In this document: positions 1 to 7,730 of the stretch, in pieces | How positions within the stretch are numbered: position 1 is the first letter of the stretch | Layout: the number at the start of each line of letters is the position of its first letter | Source of the DNA: an uncultured archaeon | GTDB lineage: Archaea > Asgardarchaeota > Heimdallarchaeia > Heimdallarchaeales > Kariarchaeaceae | DNA: 10,255 bases | Direction: 5' to 3' | Assembly: GCA_964645535.1 (NCBI GenBank) | Contig: CAZYCQ010000082.1 | Location: forward strand, 1-10,255 | Translations under genes and position numbers: made by a program | Notes under the pieces: generated by a model | The model's database searches: none | Told to the model about the DNA's origin: nothing | What the model saw: only the letters and a program-made list of their open reading frames with translations

Positions 1-326
1 GCCTTATAGTCTTTTGGATTTACATTATTATTTTTTGCGACAGTAAATAACCAATGTTCCAAATCTTTTTCGAACTCAATGATTATTGCATTATGATACC
101 TGTAGACGGAAATACCATATTTGTGGTCAAGTAAAACGGAGCCCTGTAATTCAGCGTTTAAATTTTGATTGTCCTTGTCGATAATTCCTATTCCTGATCT
201 GTTTTCTCTGATTTTTCGTATGACTCTAGGCTTACCACCAACATGGTCGATACTGAGATCAGTTTTCTTATGTTTGAATAGTTTAAACATATGTGTATCG
301 TTGTCGCATTCGACATGAACCATCAT
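1..326 (-). CDS. TOPRIM-like (OLD/AriB-like) nuclease, partner of the adjacent ABC ATPase; 3' end lies outside the window
   Basis: My translation from ATG 326 is MMVHVECDNDTHMFKLFKHKKTDLSIDHVGGKPRVIRKIRENRSGIGIIDKDNQ...IIIEFEKDLEHWLFTVAKNNNVNPKDYK, open to the edge. It has an N-terminal hVE-x-x-x-D motif, a GGK turn, a DxD motif (IIDKD) and a later LE-x-W motif. It overlaps the ATPase stop as ATGA and has a GGAGGAG SD about 8 nt upstream. It is absent from the ORF track because its stop is outside the window. Confidence 0.75.
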   Translation of the reverse strand, partial: MMVHVECDNDTHMFKLFKHKKTDLSIDHVGGKPRVIRKIRENRSGIGIIDKDNQNLNAELQGSVLLDHKYGISVYRYHNAIIIEFEKDLEHWLFTVAKNNNVNPKDYK

Positions 327-1384
327 GTGGGTAACTCCTCCTCTTCCCCGAATAACATGCCAATATTCATGATTAGATCTATTTCGTTGATTTGCCTTAC
401 TTGGTCCTTGGAGAGCAGTTTGAATTCCGATTGGAAATCCTTGTATCTAGAAACGAAGAGGTTAAGGTCATCTAGATCTACTTTGCTAATCAAATTTTCC
501 AAGAAATATGGATTATGGGTGGTCAGAATGATTTGGTTTCCTTTTTGAAAAGGATTTTTCGCAATGTCTTCTGCAAGATCAAGAATATGTGAAGGGAACA
601 TGAAGGATTCCGGTTCATCAAAACAGAGGATGGAATTCTTGTTTGATAGAAGTGCCATGTAATAAAAAATTGATGCTTTTAATGTATCAGAAAGCAATTG
701 TAAGGGAAAGTTTACCACTATGTCGCCCTCTTGCTTCTGAAAAAGCATTTTTTTCTCAGCAATTTCAAAAACAACACGATAACCAAACAATGAGAAAAGA
801 TCTCTGATAAATTCTCTTCTTTCCTTGGATGCCCATATTGTTTGGAAGAGGTTTCTCCCATCGGGTGGTCTTAAGGTTGATCCTTTTTGGCTATCTATAT
901 CTACATCGAGATTAATATTTGTACTGAAATTATAGAATTTTATGGATTTGAAATCTATCAGTTCGTCTATATCCCAAAGGGTCAGGATACCATCATAGCC
1001 GATCTCAGCAAGGGTTTTATCATTCTGTTTTTTTTGTTTCTTGACAACTTTTATTCCTTCACTGTCTCCTTGAATTGTTAATTGTAGATTTTTTTGTTTT
1101 TCTCCTTTTGAATAACTTATTGAGATTTCAATTTCTTCATCTATATTCCGGTCATAGAACAAATCAATCCAAGAATTGTATCTGATTAAACTTTGCAGAT
1201 ACGAACCGAAATTATCTTCATCAACATTGGCAAAAGCTCCTAAAAACGCAAGTAGTTCAATTACATTTGATTTCCCGGTATTTGTATCTCCTATAAGCAC
1301 TGTTAGCTTGTTGAATTGCATAGTAACGGCTTTAAGGCTTTTGTAGTTTTTCACAGTAATTTTTTTGATGAACATTATACTCAT
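323..1384 (-). CDS. ABC-class ATPase (AAA_15/AAA_21-like; OLD/AriA-type)
   Basis: N-terminal IKKITVKNYKSL, Walker A GDTNTGKS (1268-1291), degenerate signature LLSDT, Walker B/D-loop ILCFDEPESFMFP and H-loop LTTHNPY. No transmembrane segments. Alternative start at ATG 1375. Confidence 0.9.
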   Translation of the reverse strand: MSIMFIKKITVKNYKSLKAVTMQFNKLTVLIGDTNTGKSNVIELLAFLGAFANVDEDNFGSYLQSLIRYNSWIDLFYDRNIDEEIEISISYSKGEKQKNLQLTIQGDSEGIKVVKKQKKQNDKTLAEIGYDGILTLWDIDELIDFKSIKFYNFSTNINLDVDIDSQKGSTLRPPDGRNLFQTIWASKERREFIRDLFSLFGYRVVFEIAEKKMLFQKQEGDIVVNFPLQLLSDTLKASIFYYMALLSNKNSILCFDEPESFMFPSHILDLAEDIAKNPFQKGNQIILTTHNPYFLENLISKVDLDDLNLFVSRYKDFQSEFKLLSKDQVRQINEIDLIMNIGMLFGEEEELPT

Positions 1385-1412
1385 CTCGATTTTCTATACA
1401 AAAGGATTTCTC

Positions 1413-2561
1413 TTACAAAGGAAATACCTTTTTTCTTCGGGGAAATCTAGATCCCTGCTTGTTACTTCCTTCAATGAACTCAGTGAGCACTTCCCAATCT
1501 GGTCGAAGTGGTACCTTGGTCGTCCTCATCCTTTTTGGAGAAATTTTAATTTTCACTCCTTGAGGTAGAAATTGTGATCGTAAGACAAGAGCCACTGCAA
1601 CGAATAATTGGTTGTCAAGTTTATGAATCTTGATGAATAAGGGAGATGCTCTTCGTGTCATTTCTTTAGAATCTGGTTCTACGTTGACCTTGAAACCGTC
1701 CGAACCAAAGAAATAGTTATGTGGCAAACCAAAGATTACACGTTGCGGGTGAACCTGAGGCTTTTGACCCTTCTGTATCTCCCTGATGAGGTCATGGTCT
1801 GATTTGAAATTCCTTTCCGCAGATTTCCCCATCACTTTACCATTTCTCCCATAGCTTCGATATAAAGCCATTTGTTCTCCTACTAAATTGAGAAGAGTCA
1901 ATGCGTTTGTATCGTTTTCAAGAATATCAATTCTAGTAAACGCACTGAAAGCCGAAAAAGGAGGTTGTGAATTTAATCTCCCGATATTATTTGATTTGCA
2001 AAATTCGTTGATTTTTTTCTCAAGGGAGTTGATGGCTTTTGGTTGACTATAGAATATTTTTCCATCTAAACTTATTTTCCGGAAATTGATCGATCCGTAC
2101 CCTTTTCTCGCGCGTGACCCCATGTTACCAAAGAGAGCAAATGCGGTGAGGGCTTGTTGAAGTTCATTTAACTGATCTTGTTGCAATCCTCGGCAGGCAA
2201 TTGTAATTCTTCCAATTGTGTTTGGTGAGATATACTTTCTTTCTGGTCTACCACTATAATGGATCACCCCATATCCAAGATAGACCAAACCGCCTTTGTT
2301 TTTAAAATTAACCCTTGTTTGCCCTTGCCTATAACTTTCCAGATTTAGGTGGATTCGGGAGGCATTATTGGTTGATCCAAAGATAAAATCTTCTTTCTCC
2401 TTGAGTTGTTCCAGGCTTTTCAATTTGGCAAAGGCAACGGCTCTCCACCAGAATCTGAGTGATCCTTTAAAACTTGGCAACCTGAACTCAGCTGTTTTCT
2501 GGTTACTCCCAGCAATGAACATTGGTGTCACAATTTCGAAATCTATCGTAAATTTGTGCAT
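1413..2561 (-). CDS. cmr1: Type III-B RAMP protein Cmr1 (Cas7 group)
   Basis: Motifs VTPMFIAGS...EFRLPSFKGSLRFWWRA, E..IFGS, G-rich loop FGNMGSRARKGYGS, FGLPH and RRASPL. GGAGG SD upstream. Confidence 0.95.
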   Translation of the reverse strand: MHKFTIDFEIVTPMFIAGSNQKTAEFRLPSFKGSLRFWWRAVAFAKLKSLEQLKEKEDFIFGSTNNASRIHLNLESYRQGQTRVNFKNKGGLVYLGYGVIHYSGRPERKYISPNTIGRITIACRGLQQDQLNELQQALTAFALFGNMGSRARKGYGSINFRKISLDGKIFYSQPKAINSLEKKINEFCKSNNIGRLNSQPPFSAFSAFTRIDILENDTNALTLLNLVGEQMALYRSYGRNGKVMGKSAERNFKSDHDLIREIQKGQKPQVHPQRVIFGLPHNYFFGSDGFKVNVEPDSKEMTRRASPLFIKIHKLDNQLFVAVALVLRSQFLPQGVKIKISPKRMRTTKVPLRPDWEVLTEFIEGSNKQGSRFPRRKKVFPL

Positions 2562-2566
2562 TGATT

Positions 2567-3340
2567 CTATCCTCCAACTTTTCTCATTTCAATTCGACCA
2601 TACCCTACCGCGGTTTTCCCACCGATGCCGAAATTCAGGAGATGTTCTTTGATTTGTGAAGTTACCCTTTTAAGGTTATCTTTTTGAAGACCATTCCTGT
2701 CTTTGGTGCGACTCAGTATACCCCAAAGGAATTTTGACCCCTTTGAAACTGTAATGAATTGAATGGGAATGGGATTGTACCAGTCTCCTGGAGGAGATGT
2801 ACCACCTGACGAGTAGTAAGGTTGATAATGAGGTGTCATAATATCCAATCTCAATTTGACTGAAAGGGGTATCGCATCAAGGAATACGAAATCGTCTACC
2901 TTTTTGTCTTCTTTGGCATTGTTTTTGCTTTCTTTCTTCTCCTCTTTTGCCTTGGCTTGTTCTGAGGCTTTCCAGATTCCCTTAATGGTAGTGCCTGGGA
3001 TAAACGGAAGACCTTGAGTATGGTCGAAGGTGAAACCGTTTTCCATGGGGTGGGCATTTCCCATACCTATGATAAGATCGGACATGCACTTCATTTCAAA
3101 AAGAAGTCCATTACTTTTTCGAACCATTTTCCGGTAACGCAGGTTGTATTCGTCTTTTGAATGGATGTTATTGAATTCCTTAATGTAGGCATTTATCCAT
3201 CCATGTGATTTAGAAATTTCCTTGTTAATGTTCCAAGGAAAGTACTTGTTGAAAACAAGTCCCATGTTTGCTGCATTGCTGATTGGTCTCCTTCCATAGG
3301 TTGGCATTGGCACGATTTCTTGATCCTTATAGTTAATCAT
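2567..3340 (-). CDS. cmr6: Type III-B RAMP protein Cmr6
   Basis: Motifs LIIGMGNAHPMENGFTFDHTQGLPFIPGTTIKG, FLDAIP, DIMTPHYQPYY, PGDWYNPIPIQF and GIGGKTAVGYG. I moved the start to ATG 3340 (257 aa), which overlaps the cmr5 stop by 8 nt and has a GAGAGGGA SD. Confidence 0.93.
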   Translation of the reverse strand: MINYKDQEIVPMPTYGRRPISNAANMGLVFNKYFPWNINKEISKSHGWINAYIKEFNNIHSKDEYNLRYRKMVRKSNGLLFEMKCMSDLIIGMGNAHPMENGFTFDHTQGLPFIPGTTIKGIWKASEQAKAKEEKKESKNNAKEDKKVDDFVFLDAIPLSVKLRLDIMTPHYQPYYSSGGTSPPGDWYNPIPIQFITVSKGSKFLWGILSRTKDRNGLQKDNLKRVTSQIKEHLLNFGIGGKTAVGYGRIEMRKVGG

Positions 3341-3794
3341 TCGAATCCCTCTCAATCGTGGCGTTGGCAAATCGCTTGACCCATTGAAGAAGGAGAAGTG
3401 CCTCCTCCTGCGCACGCATGTACGTCATTTGGTCAGAACTAATGATTTCGTCTATTACCTGTAAGGGAGATGGCTCGTCCTGTATCCCGTACACCCTTTG
3501 CAGAATCCACTTGCTGACGATCCCATAGAGTTTCTTGTGGGCTATTTCATCAGGTTTGTCTTTTTTTTCTTCTGTGGACTCTGAATCATTCGCATTATTG
3601 TCTTTTTTCCCCACCTTTCCGTTTGCAGCTTCCATCGCAAGGGCCTGACCTAAACCGTTTCGTACAATGATGGCTGGTAAACTTTCAACATAGCTGCGAA
3701 ATTTCTTGGCAATGTTTAGATCACCTTCTGCAATTTCTTGAACTGCTTGCAGAGCTAATTGGGCTCGTTCATGATCAAGTGTGATTGCTGTCAT
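3333..3794 (-). CDS. cmr5: Type III-B small subunit Cmr5 (Cas11)
   Basis: Motifs TLDHERAQLAL, FRSYVESLPAIIVRNGLGQALA and YMRAQEEALLLLQWVKRFA. GAGGTGAT SD upstream. Confidence 0.93.
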   Translation of the reverse strand: MTAITLDHERAQLALQAVQEIAEGDLNIAKKFRSYVESLPAIIVRNGLGQALAMEAANGKVGKKDNNANDSESTEEKKDKPDEIAHKKLYGIVSKWILQRVYGIQDEPSPLQVIDEIISSDQMTYMRAQEEALLLLQWVKRFANATIERDSND

Positions 3795-3805
3795 ATCAGA
3801 TCACC

Positions 3806-4609
3806 TCAGAACCGAACCTCCGAGAAGAGGCAGATCCCTTGGCCAACGGTCTCATTACCGCCCAATTGAACGTAATCTTGACCGAATTTTTCGAACAGGG
3901 GATCATCTTCACCATTGCGGGAAAAGAGCATGGCATAAAAGACAGTGTCAGTTGCGACCCATTCCTCGTACCAGAGGTTTTTGCTTGTCTTGGTTTCACT
4001 CTTCAGCACATTTCTTGCTTGGATCATGAGGCCATATTTCGCGAACCACTTGAAGTCATTATCATGAAGAACTATAAGCTGATCCTTTACTCTTTTTTTC
4101 GTCGATTCATGGGGGATGAATTTCTCAAAAATAGTCGTGATCTCCTCGAAACCCGTATTGCCTTTCCGCTTGAACTCTCTGTCTTCAAGAACAATTGATC
4201 CGTGATCCGGTCCGACATATTCATTCCGCCCGACTTCAGGGACAGGAATCTTGGTGTCATTCCCAAGAACTTCGAGGTCTCGGTTGAGACGTTCAAGCAC
4301 ATAGGGACAGGTTACCCAATAGTACGTTTTGGATAGGCTCCGGATAGGGAGCATTAGCAATCTTCCATCAGAGAAGACTATATTGCCAGCATTGTCTTGG
4401 GTACCAAAAGAGCCACTTAGTTTATGATTGGCGTCGTCATGGTTTACCTCAAAATGGTGCCTGAGGCTTCCCTTTATCCCTGTTCCGGGAATGAAGGGAT
4501 ATTCTGTAATTCCTTCACGGGCAAAGGGCAGGTCCACGAATGTCTCGGATCTCCCTATACCCACATGCATCTGTGTTTCAGCAAATATTGATAGCATTTT
4601 TCCTTTCAT
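3806..4609 (-). CDS. cmr4: Type III-B backbone RNase Cmr4 (Cas7)
   Basis: Motifs ETQMHVGIG...VDLPFARE (H15 and catalytic D26 retained), PFIPGTGIKGSLR, DGRLLMLPIRS, WVTCPYVLER, LWYEE and QLGGNETVGQG. GGTGAT SD upstream. Confidence 0.96.
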   Translation of the reverse strand: MKGKMLSIFAETQMHVGIGRSETFVDLPFAREGITEYPFIPGTGIKGSLRHHFEVNHDDANHKLSGSFGTQDNAGNIVFSDGRLLMLPIRSLSKTYYWVTCPYVLERLNRDLEVLGNDTKIPVPEVGRNEYVGPDHGSIVLEDREFKRKGNTGFEEITTIFEKFIPHESTKKRVKDQLIVLHDNDFKWFAKYGLMIQARNVLKSETKTSKNLWYEEWVATDTVFYAMLFSRNGEDDPLFEKFGQDYVQLGGNETVGQGICLFSEVRF

Positions 4610-4615
4610 GGTCTA

Positions 4616-5731
4616 TCACCACGTTCCAACAAGAAATTGGCCAAATCCAAATCTAGTGAATTGACCAATCTTGGTTCTTGAACCTGCTAAAATCTCCATT
4701 TCTTGAGTTTCTTCCGCCCTAAAGAAGAAGACGCTTCCCGCAGGCACGAAAGCATCAAGTTGTATGGGTTTATTACAGAACATGTTCCACCCCCCTATCC
4801 GTAACGGTTTTCCGACGGTTGACCCTATGAACCTGACATCATTCAATTGCAGATCCTCTACAAGGGCATCGAGGACATTTATTCTCTCATGGTCATCGTT
4901 CATATTCGGTCGATAATGGGTGAGGAAATAGATAAAGAATTTGCATCCTTGATCGTCTTTGTTCAACTGCTTAATTTTTGGCAATTCCAGTTGCTTATTT
5001 TCCTCGAGCTTGATGACCCCAAATTTGCCTTCCCCACCTAAGGGAGTCACTAACCTTTGAAATTGCAACTTATCTGATGATTGAAGGTACATTGACAGGT
5101 TTACTTTTTCCCTGAACCGAACGTATTCTCGTGTAAAGAACCCTCTCTCATTGGCTGAGCTCTTACTTCCAATCTCCAAAAACACACCCGGTTGAAATTC
5201 TCCTTCATGAAAATCAGAACCCTTCCATAATTGCTCAATTGGTTGTGCAGTTTCTAGGTTAAGGAACCCCTTAAGTTGTTCAAGTGTTATATATCCGTCC
5301 TTTATGTTGTCAAATGAACTTGAATTGTTCGTTCTCAGTGGATGGACGGGCTTTTCTGCACTTGGAATTACCATATTCACGCTTTCATCGGGACGGAGGA
5401 AGTTAAAGCCCTCTTCTTGCTTGACAATAAAGTTCGGGGCAGGTACAAATGTTTTACCGTCCTTTTCGATGAATGGTCCGAAGAAATCCAACGGTTCAAT
5501 ATCATGGATGTCCTTTCCAACTAGGGCTGCGATGTCGTTATTCCATTTGCCTTGACCATTCCAACCGTTTTCTCGGGCAATGGCTGCACGGAACGCTCCG
5601 ACTAAGGTAAATGCGCTGGGCGGAAATTGTCCTCCGATAACCTCCCAGGTTTTCGCAAACCTGTCAAAGGGTGCATTTGCCCTGAAAAATAAACGATCTA
5701 CTTGCTCAAAAACTACTTTCTGTTTATTCAT
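4616..5731 (-). CDS. cmr3: Type III-B Cmr3 (Cas5 group)
   Basis: Motifs DRLFFR..PF, FPPSAFTLVGAFR, GPF, PAP, LGGEGK, IGGWN, VPAGSVFFF and GFGQF. Overlaps the cmr2 stop by 8 nt. Confidence 0.94.
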   Translation of the reverse strand: MNKQKVVFEQVDRLFFRANAPFDRFAKTWEVIGGQFPPSAFTLVGAFRAAIARENGWNGQGKWNNDIAALVGKDIHDIEPLDFFGPFIEKDGKTFVPAPNFIVKQEEGFNFLRPDESVNMVIPSAEKPVHPLRTNNSSSFDNIKDGYITLEQLKGFLNLETAQPIEQLWKGSDFHEGEFQPGVFLEIGSKSSANERGFFTREYVRFREKVNLSMYLQSSDKLQFQRLVTPLGGEGKFGVIKLEENKQLELPKIKQLNKDDQGCKFFIYFLTHYRPNMNDDHERINVLDALVEDLQLNDVRFIGSTVGKPLRIGGWNMFCNKPIQLDAFVPAGSVFFFRAEETQEMEILAGSRTKIGQFTRFGFGQFLVGTW

Positions 5732-7571
5732 ACTTCCTCACATTCTCCCTGTAAAACTTCAGGAATCTAATGAACCCGAAATTATAGCCATTTTCAGTTC
5801 CTGAACCCCGTTTCCTGATTTTGCAAAGATCAATCAGTTCCTTGCAGGTCTTTTTCACCTCAGGCCTGTTTTTCAACCCCTCTTCTTGATTTATCTCCCT
5901 GCTGGAATAATATTTCGCCACCAATAAATCTGCAATGATTGGATCATCTGCCTCAAATCCTAATTTCTCCAGAATACCAATTGTCTGATAGAAGAAGGAA
6001 TTGCTGAATTTATACCTGTCAATCTGCTTTTCCAAGCATTCCAATCGCGTGAGAACCTTTTGATTCTTTTCATCAAACCATGTAGATACCCATTGGTGCT
6101 TGGTTGTGGATGGAAAGAGAACCGATATTGCGAAACTGGATCTGCCGTTGCCATCCTTGGCTACCTCGTCAAGCTGGTGATGTGCCTCCTGAAGGGCAAC
6201 ACGCAGAGGAAGCTTGTGATGGGTCATCACAATCCCTGCTGAAATGGTCGCTTGAGTTCCCAATATTTGCTGATATGATTCTTGGATTTTTGAGGCACAA
6301 TCTAGAACCTTGGTTATGGGAAGAATGGCCAATACATCGTCACCTCCTGCGTAAATCAGTTTCCCTTCATACTTCTCTACAGTATCTGGAACTCCTTTAG
6401 CAAATTTGCCGAGGTTCTTGCTGATTTGATTAGGATCCTTGGCTTCTGAAAAGAGTTTTCCGAGTGAATCGCCATCCATGAGTAGGATTGCATAGAAGGT
6501 TCCAGGTGTATTTTCCAATTCTTTGTATATTTGTTGTAACTTAAAAACAAGTTCAGCTCTTCCCTTTTCATCTTGCAAATCCAGGTTCTTTAGAGAATCG
6601 GGGTAGTATGCATCACTGGTCAAACTGAAAAACAAGGGTTTCTCAGATTGTTTTTTCGTTTCATATGGGTACTCCACATACTCCACTATCTTGTTGGCGT
6701 AATCATCCATTAGATCCTTGGTCTCCTGATCTAGCTCATCAAATTGCTTCTCAATCCAAGTCAACCAAGGAAGTGCAGCAAAGTATGTGGTGGATGGATA
6801 ATTCAGAAGTTCAGCTTTCAATGCCGAAAGGTTGTAAGTGTTCACCAACCATTCGGGAAATAGACGTTTGATTGTGCCCATTGCAGAAAGCCATTCTTCC
6901 TCATCAAAATCTGAAACAGATCTTTTACGGGCTCGGTAGGCTTCGCTGAACGTTCTCCAGAATTTTCTCCGATCTTGATTTCTGAACTCACCTGAAAGAT
7001 CCGCCAATTCCCCGAACATGGTACATCCTACCCATTCTTCTGATGGTGGAAGTGTCAAACGATTCAGCTTGCCAAATTTATCCCTTCCTAGCCTGTCAGA
7101 AACCGTCCAGTTGAGTGTCCAATAGGAATTGACTTGGCGTTGCCATATCTTCTTCTGTTTATCTGTCAACAAACCTTGAGGTAGCATCTTAAAAATTTCG
7201 TCGGCAATCTTCTTCCATGCATCCCAAAAAGAACTCTCAATATACTTAGCGAAAGCAATTGCTGCTGTTTCATTAGAATTCTTGACTTCTATCTTGAAAA
7301 AGTGAGGAAGTGACCCAAACAAGCTGCCTTCCCCTTTCAAATTACTTTCCTTGACCAATCCAATGAGGGTGTCATTGCTCAGATCAACATACGGTGACAC
7401 AATATTGGCATCAATGTTCTTCAAATCCCTGTATTCCTCAAAAGCTGTAATCATTGATGCAGAAAGGTAAGACAGCATGAACGAACCCGCCCAGAGATCC
7501 CGAGTCTTTCGAACCTTTGAGATGAATTCTTGCACAGGGTTAATGGTAACTTCAATAAAGAGCGAACTCAA
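5724..7571 (-). CDS. cas10: Cas10/Cmr2 large subunit; cyclic oligoadenylate synthase lacking the HD domain
   Basis: Begins at PVQEFISKVRKTRDLWAGSFMLSYL. Palm2 motifs are YAILLMDGDSLG and LIYAGGDDVLA (GGDD at 6336-6347), followed by ATISAG. TTG start, 615 aa; an in-frame TAG shortly upstream excludes an N-terminal HD domain. Confidence 0.96.
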   Translation of the reverse strand: MSSLFIEVTINPVQEFISKVRKTRDLWAGSFMLSYLSASMITAFEEYRDLKNIDANIVSPYVDLSNDTLIGLVKESNLKGEGSLFGSLPHFFKIEVKNSNETAAIAFAKYIESSFWDAWKKIADEIFKMLPQGLLTDKQKKIWQRQVNSYWTLNWTVSDRLGRDKFGKLNRLTLPPSEEWVGCTMFGELADLSGEFRNQDRRKFWRTFSEAYRARKRSVSDFDEEEWLSAMGTIKRLFPEWLVNTYNLSALKAELLNYPSTTYFAALPWLTWIEKQFDELDQETKDLMDDYANKIVEYVEYPYETKKQSEKPLFFSLTSDAYYPDSLKNLDLQDEKGRAELVFKLQQIYKELENTPGTFYAILLMDGDSLGKLFSEAKDPNQISKNLGKFAKGVPDTVEKYEGKLIYAGGDDVLAILPITKVLDCASKIQESYQQILGTQATISAGIVMTHHKLPLRVALQEAHHQLDEVAKDGNGRSSFAISVLFPSTTKHQWVSTWFDEKNQKVLTRLECLEKQIDRYKFSNSFFYQTIGILEKLGFEADDPIIADLLVAKYYSSREINQEEGLKNRPEVKKTCKELIDLCKIRKRGSGTENGYNFGFIRFLKFYRENVRKYE

Positions 7572-7698
7572 ACTTTTCCAACCCCCGATTGTGTATCCTC
7601 CCCCTTCCTGGGGCTACTTCCTAGTAATTCTCTCATGGACATGCATTGCAAAGAAATACATCCTCCCATTGCAAACAAATGAAGAATGTCGTCAATCA

Positions 7699-7712
7699 AT
7701 ATAAACCTTTCC
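7699..7712 (-). promoter_or_regulatory. Putative archaeal BRE + TATA box for the cmr2-cmr1 operon
   Basis: The minus strand reads GGAAAGG-TTTATAT in the 159-bp gap between csx1 and cmr2. Confidence 0.5.
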
Positions 7713-7730
7713 AGAATATGAATGCTCCAT

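Noticed and set aside
323-1384. ATPase as a transporter subunit or SMC/RecF repair protein
   Set aside because: There is no permease neighbour and no long coiled coil, and it is coupled to a TOPRIM-like gene.
3341-3415. Arg-rich N-terminal extension of Cmr6 (MRRRRHF...)
   Set aside because: It lies inside cmr5 in another frame; ATG 3340 has an SD and a typical short overlap.
7572-7730. HD-domain remnant or TAG read-through extension of cas10
   Set aside because: The gap is too short and contains no HD motif; the upstream in-frame peptide (MYFFAMHVHERITRK*) is unrelated.
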